A DNA stretch of 63,869 nt, the filler included, from Octopus bimaculoides (lineage: Eukaryota), in assembly GCF_001194135.2 (NCBI RefSeq). It is 7 parts of 5 records of this genome, joined end to end, with 100 filler letters (N's around TTAATTAATTAA, not from the genome) between each part and the next. Parts side by side here need not be neighbours in the genome. Positions count along the whole stretch, not along the records: positions 20,793 to 41,598 come from NC_068981.1; 6 more parts are not named here. One strand, written 5' to 3'. Position 1 is the stretch's first letter. Every line of letters starts with the position of its first letter. Positions 27,712 through 40,415 of this stretch are shown here, one piece after another. A model generated the notes under the pieces. That model did no database searches. It was not told the DNA's origin and saw only the letters and a list, made by a program, of their open reading frames with translations. The translations under genes were made by a program, and so were the position numbers.

Positions 27712-28015
27712 NNNNNNNNNNNNNNNNNNNNNNNNNNNNNNNNNNNNNNNNNNNNNNNNNNNNNNNNNNNNNNNNNNNNNNNNNNNNNNNNNNNNNNNNN
27801 NNNNNNNNNNNNNNNNNNNNNNNNNNNNNNNNNNAACATCGCTTGACAACCGATGCTGGTATGTTTACGTCCCCGTAACTTAGCGGTTCGGCAAAAGAGG
27901 CCGATAGAATAAGCACTAGGCTTACAAAGAATAAGTCCTGAGGTAGATTTGCTCGACTAAAGGTGGTGCTCCAGCATGGCCGCAGTCAAATGACTGAAAC
28001 AAGTAAAAGAGTAAA
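27496..28015 (+). mobile_element. SINE family A, full length (internal microsatellite partly in gap)
   Basis: Head, core and tail tgactgaaacaagtaaaagagtaaaa all present. Confidence 0.9.
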
Positions 28016-29019
28016 ACGCCCAACAGTATTTCTTCCGGCTCTTTCTCAATTGTCGCAATTTCTTTGATATCCACGCTACTATCGTATGGCATTGTAGCAC
28101 TGCTGGTACCTTATATATCTAATGAACTTCTTAATAAGTAGAGCCTATCGGTATTAGCTTTACGATGGTGTGTTATGTTTCGTATGCACCTTCCTAATTA
28201 TTCTACCATATTCCTATAGTTCTCTCTCTCCCCCTTCCTCTCCTTCTCTTTCTCTCTCTCTCTCCCTCTTTCCCTTTCTCTCCCTGTCCCTCTTTATCTA
28301 CTTTAGAAAAGGAGCAGAGTTTCTGAACACTGATATGGACCACATATTGATTACTTTGATGACATTCCCTGAATTTTCGTTCGTTTAGAGCACCTAATCC
28401 TTCTCATGTACTATTTGGAGACTTTTTCTCTCATTTCCGCAGCACCACTGGTTACATGTAAGCTTCATTATTATCTAAGCGAACTAATAACATCACACGC
28501 TGTTTCAGAGAATTCTTCGTTTTACTGAACGCAGATAATGTCCTTCCTTCACTGCGTTCTTCATAGTTTTTTGCACTCAATATCGTGTGCCATCAGGTTT
28601 AATCTTTCGACTTCTATTCATACGTAAAGCCGCACACTTACTTACTTCAAACTCTAAGCCAATACCCTTGGTAAATATTTATATCGTTTGAACAGGAGAA
28701 TCCAGGTCCTTTTTTCTTTTTTTTTTCTTTTTTGGTGCATAGTTTCATGTCATTCGTATGATTGATTAATGATTTATTTTCACCTTGGTTTGAGCAAGCA
28801 GGTTTGAATTCTCTCAGTATGTTTCTCAATGAAATTTACGAAACCACGAAAACTAATGGGGAGAGTCAGTCTCCCAAAAATATCTTACTCCATATTATCA
28901 GATTTCCAAATGATTCACGTCCACGCTTTAGTTCTACTCCACGATCCCATATAATTTAAAACATGCAAATCTTCTTACTGACCTTCAGTATCTTCAGGCA
29001 TTCCAAAATCGATAGTGTT

Positions 29020-29430
29020 TCTCTCTTTTACTCTTTTACTTGTTTCAGTCATTTGACTGCAGCCATGCGGGAGCACCGCCTTTTAGTCGAGCAAATCGAC
29101 CCCAGGACTTATTCTTTGGAAGCCTAGTACTTATTCTATCGGCCTCTTTTGCCGAGCCGCTAAGTTACAGGGACGTAAACACACCACTATCGGTTGTCAA
29201 GTGATGCTGGGAGGACAAACACAGTCACACAAACATATACGCACACACACATACATACATATATATACATATAACGGGTTTCTTTCAGTTTCCGTCTACC
29301 AAATCTACTCACAAGGCTTTGGTCGGCCCGAGGCTATAGTAGAAGATACTTGCCCAAGGTGCCACGCTGTGGGACTGAACCCGGAACCATGTTGTTGGTA
29401 AGCAAGCTACTTACCACACAGCCACTCCTG
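29020..29430 (-). mobile_element. SINE family A, full length
   Basis: Reverse complement of the 34535-34930 copy with a shorter internal microsatellite. Confidence 0.92.
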
Positions 29431-29499
29431 TACATTATTATTATAGCCTTCTCAACCAACTGCTAAATTCATTTTTATTTGTACTTCACTTAGTATCAT

Positions 29500-30460
29500 G
29501 CTATCGATATACAATAGATCAGCAGTTCCTCTTGACTTCTTTCAGCATCACTTTTGCTCTTCCAGTAATAGCTTCTCCTTCTCCAGAAAGCTATACAATT
29601 CCTCTGCAATATAACCAGTTAGTAATTTCTAGAGCAATGGTAAGCATGTAATAGGGCTATAACTATTGACTTCCCCTCTCGTTTATTTTTATGCTTCCGT
29701 TTTAACCTTGTCCTCCCTTTGGTGTTCTATTTTCTATACAGTCAGAAACAGACGCTTGTATATAGCTGTTTAAGCTCTTCAGATTTTAAAACCAGAATCC
29801 CATGACACCATCGAGTCCAGAAGCTTTCCAACATACTGTTTTCCAGTATATCTTTCACTTTCTCTTCTCTAATATTTATGTTCTCACTTTGACCTATATC
29901 CGTTTTCTCACTTTTTTTCAAATTTCGGCAACCAGTCCGATTCCATGTTTTGTTGAACTTCTTCACTTTAAGTGTCTAAAAGTTCTTTATTGTTTCAGCA
30001 TTTGGACTTCTTTCTCCTGATGTTCATTCTCATTGTTCAGTCGTTGATAAAATTTCGTTTCACTGTTCCTGAAGAGCCTGTTCTACTGATGCTAGCTTAT
30101 TCTTTGTTGTTATCTACTTTTTCGTTTTTTTTTTTTTTTTTTTTTTTTTTTGTTTTTTTTTTTTTGGTACCTGACAATGCCTCATTCATTTTTTGTTTTT
30201 TTATCATATCTCTTCTTAAGCTATTTGCGATCTCCTGTGTATGATGTTATACTTTCTTTGGAACTCGCTACTGTTTCTCTCCTTCACCGTTTTTTTTTCA
30301 ATCATAATGTTTATCCTTCCAATATCTCTACTAAGCTGTTCAATTTGATTCTCAAGATGACAGATTCTACGCAAGGTATGAGGTCATTAACATCTGTAAT
30401 AGTCTCAACATTGATTTTCGTTAATAGCTCGCTCATTCCGTTTCTTTCTTGCTTTAAATA
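29500..30460 (-). mobile_element. R4/Dong-clade non-LTR fragment (pre-RT region and RT start)
   Basis: ENQIEQLSRDIGRIN..., GLDGVMGFWF (PGPDG.QGFW motif), KLLTGYIAEELYSFLEKEKLLLEEQK*C*KKSRGTADLLYIDSM; stops and frameshifts. Confidence 0.75.
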
Positions 30461-30477
30461 GTTCCCTCACTTCCAAT

Positions 30478-30543
<66 letters not shown>

Positions 30544-30555
30544 CAGTAGTAGTAA
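30478..30555. repeat. (TAG)n microsatellite; (ATT)n tracts at 30757-30893, 31853-31882, 32962-33069, 33640-33717
   Basis: Direct reading. Confidence 0.95.
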
Positions 30556-30754
30556 GGCGGTGAGCTGGCAGAATCGTTAGCACGCCAGGCAAAATACTTA
30601 GCGGTATTTCGTCTATTGCTAAGAGATGCACATATCGTAAGCCACCAAGGGACATGCTCAACTGGTTAAGGTCAAACAAGTGACAAGCAAATTTGTAGTA
30701 TTGAGCATAATATTTGCTGTAGCTCGTCTGTTATACCGAGACAAAACAATGTAG

Positions 30755-30810
<56 letters not shown>

Positions 30811-30816
30811 CATTAA

Positions 30817-30894
<78 letters not shown>

Positions 30895-31848
30895 GGTAAC
30901 CCTTCATTCTTTGGTCGTATCTTACCAGCTTTGCTTTCTTTGCAACGAGGTGCTGTTTCGGTTCCTCCATTACCACTTTCACGCCCTTTCTTTCAATATT
31001 ATACTTCCTGTTCAGTGCCCTGTATTTTTGTTCGCTTTTAAGCTCCTCCTTTTCTTTTCGGTCTAACACAAAAATGCCCTTCGAGCGCATATCTAATCCA
31101 ACCTTATTCGTCTTTTCCACCATGGATTTTCTCTTTTATCACTCCTATTATATTTCTTTTTCTTGACATCAACACCCACATTTTAATCTACAACAATACT
31201 TGCTGCCTTGGTGAAATTATTTGTTTTTGTGATGCTTTTTGTTCTGATGTATTTCAGAATTTCATTCACATTTTTCGTTTCTTGGTTCAATTTCCACCGA
31301 TCAACTTTTTTAAGGTTGCAAATAATGTCACTATCGTCGTTCTCCTGTAGCCTTGCCTATATTCTGTCGTAGATTGCCTTTTGCTCATCTGTCATGTCAC
31401 CTTTAGTTTTATTATCTTCTTCCAAACCATCTATATGTCTCTCATCGAGCAAGCTATCACTGTTCCTTTCCTGTGGTTTATTAGAGATTTCACCTCTGTT
31501 TTCTGTTATGAGATTACTTTTATCAATAGGAACTGTATTTTCATCGTTTCCTTTGCTGTTGTTTTCCAATACCCAACCTTTGATAGCTTCGATCTCTACT
31601 TCTGTAAACCAACGATTTTTTCTTATTGCTCCAGCTCGATCACATAATCTCTGTTACGTGAGTTGAAACAATCCTATTTCTCTTTATTGATCATACAAAT
31701 GTTGTCGGTATCCCCTAAGATGACCATCATTTTCGTCTACGCGGTTGCTCAGGTAGTAACACTCCATAACCACAGTATTGATTTGTTTGTTCCATCTACG
31801 CCGTGTGTGCTGGTCCCTTGCTGGATAACGACAAGCTGGAGTCGAACC

Positions 31849-31850
<2 letters not shown>
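30895..31850 (-). mobile_element. Second R4/Dong-clade fragment (N-terminal ORF region)
   Basis: ECYYLS...GYRQHLYDQ...QRLCDRAGAIRKNRWFTEVEIE, NEILKYIRTKSITKTNN, NPWWKRRI, KYNIERKGVKVVMEEPKQHLVAKKAKLVRYDQR; bounded by (ATT)n on both sides. Confidence 0.75.
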
Positions 31851-31885
<35 letters not shown>

Positions 31886-31886
31886 T

Positions 31887-32959
31887 CTGCAGCTCACCTC
31901 GTTGATGGAATTGCAGTCCTGGGTGACGAAAAGGCCGAAACTGGGCGTCTGGCACCTAGAATGTCGTCAGGCGCTCACAACCCGCTATCAGTCGGGCAAT
32001 GGGATCAGTGGGTGTTCCGCTTTAGAAATTTATAGAGGATTAGTGGCGGGGAAGTGCGACGATTTTCTCGGGGAGACTCTGGGTGCCAACGAGAATGAAC
32101 TGGCTAATTTGTTCCGGAGAACTTTCCAGTCGGGAACTATCATTGATAATTTNNNNNNNNNNNNNNNNNNNNNNNNNNNNNNNNNNNNNNNNNNNNNNNN
32201 NNNNNNNNNNNNNNNNNNNNNGGCACGAATGCCCTGTCAGACGGACTTGTCCTAGGAGCGCGCAGAGTGACGAAACCGTTCTGCACGTCCTCGTTCAGTT
32301 TCCGAACATTGCTGACTTGTGGGGCTATGTTGAACAGCTGCTGTCACGTGTGGGACAGATCCGTCTGTCAGCCGAGTCTGTAGTGATGATTGCACGGCCG
32401 CCCTCCTTCAATCGGGCAGGCAAGGCAGTTTTCCTTTGCCTGGTGGCTGTGGCGAAAGAGATTGTTTGGTGGGCAAAGCTGAAAAGCATGAGGACAGATA
32501 CATTCCTCTTTAGTAGAGCCCTCATTGACTTCTTCAAGTTTCACTTGAAAAGGAAATTGAGAGTGGAGAGGGAAGTGCTGTCCCCGAGTGAGTTTATTGA
32601 AAGGTGGGTGAAAGTTGCGAAAATGTCAAGAGTGGATGGTGCTTCTCTAAGTGTAAACCTGTAAGTCGCAGAGAAGGAAGCGGAGAGGGCACTTGCTCAT
32701 AGGGTTTCAGGGAAATCTCGGACAGTGGGGTTCCTCAATTATCCCTAGAGGCGCTTCTGTATCAGGAGGGCCACATCTCTATCATAACCCGCAACCACTT
32801 TTTTGTACCTTTATTTGCTATGCATATGTCTCTTCTTTTCCAGTGTATACCATGTATACTTTTTTTTTATCATTTCATTATTATATGTAAACCCTCACAC
32901 TATATCTGTCTCTGTATTGTTCCCCTCATCCTTCGCCCTTGTGGCAAATAAATGAAATC
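31887..32959 (+). mobile_element. 5'-truncated Tx1-clade (L1-like) LINE: ORF2 C-terminus plus 3' UTR
   Basis: RTCPRSAQSDETVLHVLVQF (degenerate zf-RVT), FHLKRKLRVERE...ERWVKVAKM, stop 32664, then T-rich UTR ending cccttgtggcaaataaatgaaatc. Confidence 0.85.
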
Positions 32960-32960
32960 A

Positions 32961-33055
<95 letters not shown>

Positions 33056-33378
33056 ATTATTATTATTATCTTGCAGAAGAGCAGAAGCTTATAAACGATT
33101 TGATGGATATGTATGTGAACACGGCTCGACCTGTCAAACACAACCAAGAGACAATGAATATAACCTTTACAATGACACCAGTAACATTTAGTATTGATGA
33201 GACTAACCGAATAATGTCTCTAACATCTTTAGATTCTCTGGTAGGTACCACCTTCAATAACAACAACAACAATAACAAAAGAAAAACTAAAGAATTTTCA
33301 ATTCATTCAGTTAATGTTGTTATGGTTGGTTTTTGTTGTTGTTGCTGCTGCTGCTGTTGTTGTCGTTGTTGTTGCTGC

Positions 33379-33423
<45 letters not shown>

Positions 33424-33424
<1 letters not shown>

Positions 33425-33639
33425 AAGACGGCAAGCTGACAGAATGGTTAACATGCCGGACGAAATGCTTAGTGGCATTTCACCCGTCGCTACGTTCTGA
33501 GTTCAAATTCCGCCGTGGTCGACTTTGCCCTTCACCTTTTGGGGGTCGATAAATTAAGTACCAGTCAAGTACTGGGGTCTATGTAATCAACTTAACCCTT
33601 TCCCCACAATTTCAAACCGTGAGCCTATAGCAGAAAGGA

Positions 33640-33718
<79 letters not shown>

Positions 33719-33910
33719 GGCAGCGAGCTGGCAGAATCGTTAGCACACGTCATTTCGTCCGTCTTCATGTTCTGAGTTCAAATTTCTCCATGTTCGACTT
33801 TGCCTTTTATCTTTCCGGGGTCAATAAAATAAGTACCAGTTGAGCACTGGGGTCGATGTAATCGACTTTACTCCTTCCCAATACTTGCTGGGTTTGTACT
33901 TGTAGAAAGG
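33424..33910 (+). mobile_element. Two SINE family B copies, tail type 2 (…agaaaggat + (ATT)n or (ATC)n)
   Basis: Copies at 33424-33640 and 33717-33910: head ggc(gg/ag)cgagctggcagaatcgttagc; body gtcgactttgcc.ttcat/cac.ttt.ggggtc.ataaa..aagtaccagt. Confidence 0.88.
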
Positions 33911-34074
33911 ATCATCCTCCTCATCATCATCGTCATCGTCATCGTCATCTAATGAATAATTGATTGTTACATGAAAGAAAAGACTGAAGTGTGAGTGATA
34001 TGTTACGTGTTAAAGGTTACACACTAGTGTATCATATGGAGAAATGGATCGATTTGTTTTTTTTTCTATCATAG

Positions 34075-34184
34075 TCATGGAAGGACCAACTCTTGAAGTG
34101 GGATCCAGGTCTTCAAGGAGGTGTTAAAGAGGTTTTCCTCAAACCTAGTGACATATGGACACCAGAACTGGAGCTATTTAATCC
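34075..34184 (+). CDS. Exon of a Cys-loop ligand-gated ion channel (nicotinic acetylcholine receptor-like, atypical), beta2-loop A segment: SWKDQLLKWDPGLQGGVKEVFLKPSDIWTPELELFN(P)
   Basis: Acceptor tttgttttttttttctatcatAG, donor CC|GTAAGT; exactly 110 nt, phase 0 to 2, the conserved size/phase of this exon in nAChR genes; W-x-D-x-x-L-x-W-D-P-x-x-x-G-G and I-W-x-P-[DE]-x-x-L-[YF]-N motifs. Confidence 0.9.
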
Positions 34185-34472
34185 GTAAGTAGCATTTCTG
34201 TTTTGAAGAAACTATTTTGCGTTATGTTACATAAATATTCTATGTTGATGAAGCTTTTAATGTTTTTTTTTAATTTTTAATTTTTTTTTTTTCTAATAAC
34301 TGAAGACCTTGTATATGTTTGTTATTTTAGCATAATTACCATATTTCAACAGAATTTAAAGGAACGTGGCTATCTACAGCAGGAAATTAGTTTGCCTGGT
34401 GCTCTACTGAATCAGCACCTTACAGACTATTCCACTATTATTTATGATGAGTCCTAATATAGGCGCAAGAAA

Positions 34473-34713
34473 AGGCAGCCAACTTGCAGAATCGTTAGTA
34501 TGTCGGGCAAAAATCCTAAGCAACACTCCTACATGCGCAGGAGTGGCTGTGTGGTAAGTAGCTTGCTTACCAACCACATGGTTCGGGGTTCAGTCCCACT
34601 GCGTGGCATGTTGGGTAAGTGTCTTCTATTATAGCCTCGGGCCGACCAAAGCCTTGTGAGTGGATTTGGTAGACGGAAACTGAAAGAAGCCCGTCGTATA
34701 TATGTATATATAC

Positions 34714-34751
<38 letters not shown>

Positions 34752-35075
34752 AGCATTGCTTGACAACTGATGCTGGTGTGTTTATGTCCTCGTCACCTAG
34801 CGGTTCGGCAAAAGAAACCGATAGAATAAGTACTAGGCTTACAAAGAATAAGTTCCGGGGTCGATTTGCTTGACTAAAGGCGGTGCTCCAGCATGGCCGC
34901 AGTCAAATGACTGAAACAAGTAAAAGAGTAACATTTCGTCCGGCTTCACGTTCTGAGTTCAAATTCCGCCGAGGTTGACTTTACCTTTCATCGGGCTCGA
35001 TAAAAAAAAGTAGCAGTTGAATATTGGGGTCGATATAACCGACCTACTCCTCCTTGCGCCTATATTGAAACCAAT
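34473..35075 (+). mobile_element. SINE family B interrupted by a full-length SINE family A (34535-34930)
   Basis: B head (gcagaatcgttagtatgtcgggcaaaaatcctaagc) resumes as acatttcgtccggcttcacgttctgagttc after the A tail. Confidence 0.85.
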
Positions 35076-35768
35076 ATAAGCGCAAGGCTACATATTTGAA
35101 CGGAGGAGTTATGATCGATTTTAATCGAATCCAGTATTTAAATAATATTTTGTCGATCAAGAAATCTTTTATCGATCCGGTATGGATTTAAATCAAACAG
35201 GACCTCAACTGAAATACAGTAGCTGAGACAATCGACAGAACTGAAGGTAGGATTTATATGATTTAAATCTACATCAGTATTTGGCTGGAACTTATTTTAT
35301 CGAACCTGCAATAATGAAAAGTAAATTTTCAGCAGAATTTGAACTTTATAACATAACGAATTATGTAATTAAATAGTGCAAGGCATTTTGTCCACTTCTG
35401 TCACTTTACTACCTTTTAATAATACACGTATAATCTATTCCCATTAGAGTTCAGCAGTTGTACCCGTAAGTACTCTGATGGCATATCATTACTGCTAATG
35501 CAATATAATTGACTTTCACTAAGGTGTTTAATGCTTTAAATGGTGAGTGTTCTTAGTCGGTGTTTCTCACGGCAGAGACAATTGGTACCCATAAGAGAAA
35601 TGTCTAATCCGAAGAGAGGAGTTTAGAAAGTGGAAAGGAATTAGAAACGATTTAGGATTTATACAAAATCTTTAAATTTCTATGTGAGGATAAGTGATTC
35701 GATTTGATTCTCTGTCTTTCTATTTGTCTGTCTGTTTGTCTGTCTGCTCGTCTGTCTGTCTCTCTCTC

Positions 35769-35828
<60 letters not shown>

Positions 35829-35874
35829 NNNNNNNNNNNNNNNNNNNNNNNNNNNNNNNNNNNNNNNNNNNNNN

Positions 35875-35905
<31 letters not shown>

Positions 35906-36300
35906 CATACACACACAACACATATATATATATACATACACACACACAACATATATACATACACACACACATACATACATACATACATACATACATACAT
36001 ACATACATACATACATACATACATACATACAGATAGTGAGTACGTAGTTGCATACAAGAAGAGTAAAACAGTACTCCATAACAAAAGAACGGCGTTATTC
36101 CTGACAGCAACAGCAGGCACCACACATCTGGTTATTTGAATTTCACGTTTCCAATCATCAAATTATATTACGTATCTATTTATTTTTATATACAAAACAT
36201 TTTGATTTCTGATTCTTATTTGCTATTTGTCAATTGTCATCTCTGCATGTATGTGTGCATGTGCATGCGCGCGCGCATGCGTGTGCGTGCGCATGTGTGA

Positions 36301-36590
36301 AGGCGAGTGGCCTAGTGGTTAGGGTGCTGCACTCTCGATCGCGAGATCGTAATTTCAATTCCAAAATCAGTCATCCTTCGTGTTTTTGAGCAAGTCCACT
36401 CAGTTTTTCCAATCCACTCACCTGTAAATAGATAACCCTGCGGTGACGAACTGGCTTTCCCTTCAGAAAGCGGAATGTTGACCGGCCTTCCTGCCCAGTA
36501 GAGTAGCATCATTCAAAAGCCATAACAATGTAAAGAATCGCATTGTGACCAGCAGGGTATAACAACATCTGTTACTCTAGTCGATACAGA
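36301..36590 (+). mobile_element. tRNA-headed SINE family E
   Basis: aggcgagtggcctagtggttagggtg A-box; ttgagcaagtcc..., tccactcacctgtaaat core. Confidence 0.65.
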
Positions 36591-36717
36591 TATGATTGCG
36601 TGTGTGTGTGTATGTGTATGTGTATATATATATATGTATATATATATATATACTCTGTGTGTGTGTGTATACACACATTTGTTTTTGATTTTTGTTTTTT
36701 TTGTTTTTGTTGTTGTT

Positions 36718-36765
<48 letters not shown>

Positions 36766-38678
36766 TTAGATAGATAGATAGATAGATGTGTGTATTTTTC
36801 CCTTGTTTACAATTAATCTTCATTTCACTGAAGGAAAATTACATTGTTTTACACCATTTTATTCCTTTGGAATAATACCAATGATATCTTCGAAACATGT
36901 GTCGGAAGTAAAAGAATTTGAATAACACCTGCGTCTAAAAGATCGGAANNNNNNNNNNNNNNNNNNNNNNNNNNNNNNNNNNNNNNNNNNNNNNNNNNNN
37001 NNNNNNNNNNNNNNNNNNNNNNNNNNNNNNNNNNNNNNNNNNNNNNNNNNNNNNNNNNNNNNNNNNNNNNNNNNNNNNNNNNNNNNNNNNNNNNNNNNNN
37101 NNNNNNNNNNNNNNNNNNNNNNNNNNNNNNNNNNNNNNNNNNNNNNNNNNNTATATATATATATATTAGTAGCGACACTAGAGCATGTGTCAGATTGTTC
37201 TGCGGTGACGGTTCTGATTCTCTGCGTTACGTTACGATGTGCTCTGGTATCATTAACGGTTCAACAAGATTAACTCTTAATTTCTAATCCGGTGCTGACG
37301 TTGATGTTTCAGTAAACTAGGTTTCTGTGCAGCCCTGACAAAAGTTATTGCCGGATTTAATAGCTGTTGTTATCACCTCTGCAACCATCTTCAGTACCTG
37401 ATTCTTTCGCCAGCAGTAGCAGCAATCAGCTAAGACTCTGTGGTAGCTATTGAAGAGATGTTGACGGGATTCTGTTTCAATGTGCCAGTAACAGTGAAAG
37501 TTTGTTGGATTTTGGTAAAATGTCGTAGGCAGCTAGGATCAGAAACCTAATGCACTGGCTGTTGTGCCCGCCAGTGAGCCCACCAAGAGATGTTACTCTG
37601 CTGTACGTTGACCCAACTTGTCCAAGATCCTTGCTGGTTACATCCCACCATACCACTAGTCCGTGCTTCGTCTACACGCGTACCAACTTCTTGGAGAATA
37701 TGTTGATATTCTTATGACGTAGCTTTTTTTTTGTTGTTGTTTAAGTGAGCTAAAAATTTGTTTCCCCTAAGACAGAAAATCGCTCTCAAGACATCAGTTT
37801 CCTCTTCTTCCTGCGACATATGTCGCCACCATGTCACCAGCTTCGTGTTCTACGCTATATAATTTTTTACCGAAGAAGATGGCCATAATTTTCCACGAAT
37901 TCTGTTTATTACACAGATATGCACACACATTTACCCAACCTACAATTCTCGTCACAAATCCACCANNNNNNNNNNNNNNNNNNNNNNNNNNNNNNNNNNN
38001 NNNNNNNNNNNNNNNNNNNNNNNNNNNNNNNNNNNNNNNNNNNNNNNNNNNNNNNNNNNNNNNNNNNNNNNNNNNNNNNNNNNNNNNNNNNNNNNNNNNN
38101 NNNNNNNNNNNNNNNNNNNNNNNNNNNNNNNNNNNNNNNNNNNNNNNNNNNNNNNNNNNNNNNNNNNNNNNNNNNNNNNNNNNNNNNNNNNNNNNNNNNN
38201 NNNNNNNNNNNNNNNNNNNNNNNNNNNNNNNNNNNNNNNNNNNNNNNNNNNNNNNNNNNNNNNNNNNNNNNNNNNNNNNNNNNNNNNNNNNNNNNNNNNN
38301 NNNNNNNNNNNNNNNNNNNNNNNNNNNNNNNNNNNNNNNNNNNNNNNNNNNNNNNNNNNNNNNNNNNNNNNNNNNNNNNNNNNNNNNNNNNNNNNNNNNN
38401 NNNNNATATATATATATATATATATATATAACATACATATATATATCACATACATATATATTGTTGGGTGTATATGATACGTGTGTTACGTACGTACGTA
38501 TGTATATATGCATGCATGCGTATATACGTGTGTGTACGTATGTGTGCATGCGTGTTTGCGTACGTGCGTGTGTGTATGTGTGTGTGTATGCGCGCGCGTG
38601 TATTACGTATACATGTGTATTTGTCTATTTCTTAACTCAATTTTCTCTTTTCTGTCTTCTTCAATCTCAGCGACATAC

Positions 38679-38724
38679 CAACAATCCGTAATAATGATAT
38701 TGGAATCAGAAAAATCTCCATCAT
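38679..38724 (-). CDS. Candidate first coding exon with signal-peptide-like sequence (MMEIFLIPISLLRIV-G)
   Basis: ATG at 38724, 46 nt, phase-1 donor G|GTATGT; hydrophobic run; X-box about 65 bp upstream. The paralogous copy near 40600-40648 has an extra G and donor GTGTGT. Confidence 0.4.
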
Positions 38725-38787
38725 CTCACAATGCAGTTATACTCCCACTCAGACACATTAAGAATCCACCCACGTTTCTGCTATACA

Positions 38788-38801
38788 GTTGCTATGGCGA
38801 C
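38788..38801 (-). promoter_or_regulatory. RFX X-box GTCGCCATAGCAAC (second copy 40716-40729)
   Basis: Exact fit to the 14-bp GTHNYY-AT-RRNAAC consensus on the minus strand; unchanged in both copies of an otherwise diverged duplication. Confidence 0.5.
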
Positions 38802-39029
38802 AGGATATGGCTTAGCAGTAGACCTAGTATTTTAAACCATTATATAACTAATAAGTCGCCAAGCTGTGTAGTGTGGTTGGTATAGTAATCAGCCATTAGC
38901 GGTTCGTAGTCATAGTAAATTTTCTCGTTTTCGTATTCTCATTTTCAACTGGCGTGCTAACTAAATATTCCACAGTCCCACCATATCAGGACAATGTGAC
39001 TAATTTCCTACGCGCGCATAGAGAGAAAG

Positions 39030-39063
<34 letters not shown>

Positions 39064-39972
39064 GAGATGTGTGTACGCGTGGGTGCGTTTATTAACTCTT
39101 TCATTGGTTTCCATCACTGAACAGCGGCCATCTTGGAGTACCGCTTCCAAGGGGTTGTAGTGCTTCCTATCGGTGCCAACACGTATTTACTGTTACAGTC
39201 TCCTTCTTATTTTATCAATTTTTATTTATCGAACTGCTAGGTGATCTTTCCGTGTACGAACGCGACTCTGTGCAAACACACACACATATACACTTATACA
39301 AACGCAGACATTACGTGCGTGCTTGTGCATAGCCGCGTATTCATGTGCGTGTGCAAGTTTCTGTGCATGAGTATACATATATAAACACACCCACACATTG
39401 TAGTTATGCATATGTATGCTTATATATGCTTATATATGCTTATATATAAGTGTGTGCGTGTGTGTGCGTGCGAGTGCGTGTGTGTGCGTGCGAGTGCGCG
39501 TGCGCGCGCGTATGTGTGCATATGTGTGTGTGTGTTTGCATAGAGTCGCGTTCTTACATGAAAAGATAATTTAACCGTTCGATGAATAAAAATCATATAT
39601 ATATTTATATAAATAGATAGATACACACATACATACATACATATATATAAGCATATATAATACATGTGCATGTAGTTATATGTGCGTATTTAGTTATTGA
39701 CGTACATATAATATATATACACATATATGTAATATATATACACATATATGTACGTATATATATACTTTAAGTTCTGAGTTCAAATTCTGCCGAGGTTGAC
39801 ATTGTCGTTCATCCTCTCAGGAACGATCATTTTAAGTACCAGTCAAGTATTGGGGTCAATTTAATTGATATCAGATCTTGTGCCAACTTTAGAAAGGATT
39901 ATTAACGGGGCAAAGATGAGTTCTTAGAAGAACGTCCAGTATTCAATTCTTTTTAAGTCAGGTATATATTCT

Positions 39973-40189
39973 TATTTCTTTATTGCCCACAAGGGGCTAA
40001 ACATAGAGGGGACAAACAAGTACAGACAAACGGATTAAGTCGATTACATCGACCCCAGTGCGTAACTGGTACTTAATTTATCGACCCCGAAAGGATGAAA
40101 AGCAAAGTCGACCTCGGCGGAATTTGAACTCAGAACGTAATGGCAGACGAAATACCGCTAAGCATTTCGCCCGGCGTGCTAACGTTTCT
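39973..40189 (-). mobile_element. SINE family B, tail type 1 (Tx1-like), 5'-truncated, 16-bp TSD
   Basis: gtcaggtatatattct at 39957-39972 and 40190-40205. Confidence 0.93.
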
Positions 40190-40269
40190 GTCAGGTATAT
40201 ATTCTGTCTGACTCGTGCCGAACGAACCGCTAAGTTACAGGGACATATCAGATATAATGCGCGTGCAAC

Positions 40270-40415
40270 ATAGAAGATTGTGGTAGTGTGGACATGTGAT
40301 GTGTATACAGGATAATAGTTCGGTGAAGAAATGTCAAAGAAATTAAGAGAAAGGATTCTGAAGAAGAGGAAAACCGAAAAATACGTGTGGAGATGTGTTA
40401 AAGGCTGATTTCAGA
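40270..40415 (+). mobile_element. RTE-clade LINE C-terminal fragment
   Basis: RLW*CGHVMCIQDNSSVKKC...RRGKPKNTCGDVLKADF resembles LRWFGHV...GRPRKTW...DL. Confidence 0.65.

Noticed and set aside
36040-36127. Minus-strand hydrophobic frames (VWCLLLLSGITPFFCYG / AVLLLWSTVLLFLYATT)
   Set aside because: GTG starts, weak acceptor and no good donor; cannot be linked to the candidate gene with evidence.
37300-37720. GC-richer unique block possibly encoding an exon
   Set aside because: All frames interrupted; faint resemblance to an RTE endonuclease (NSESLLDF) suggests a decayed LINE, too weak to annotate.
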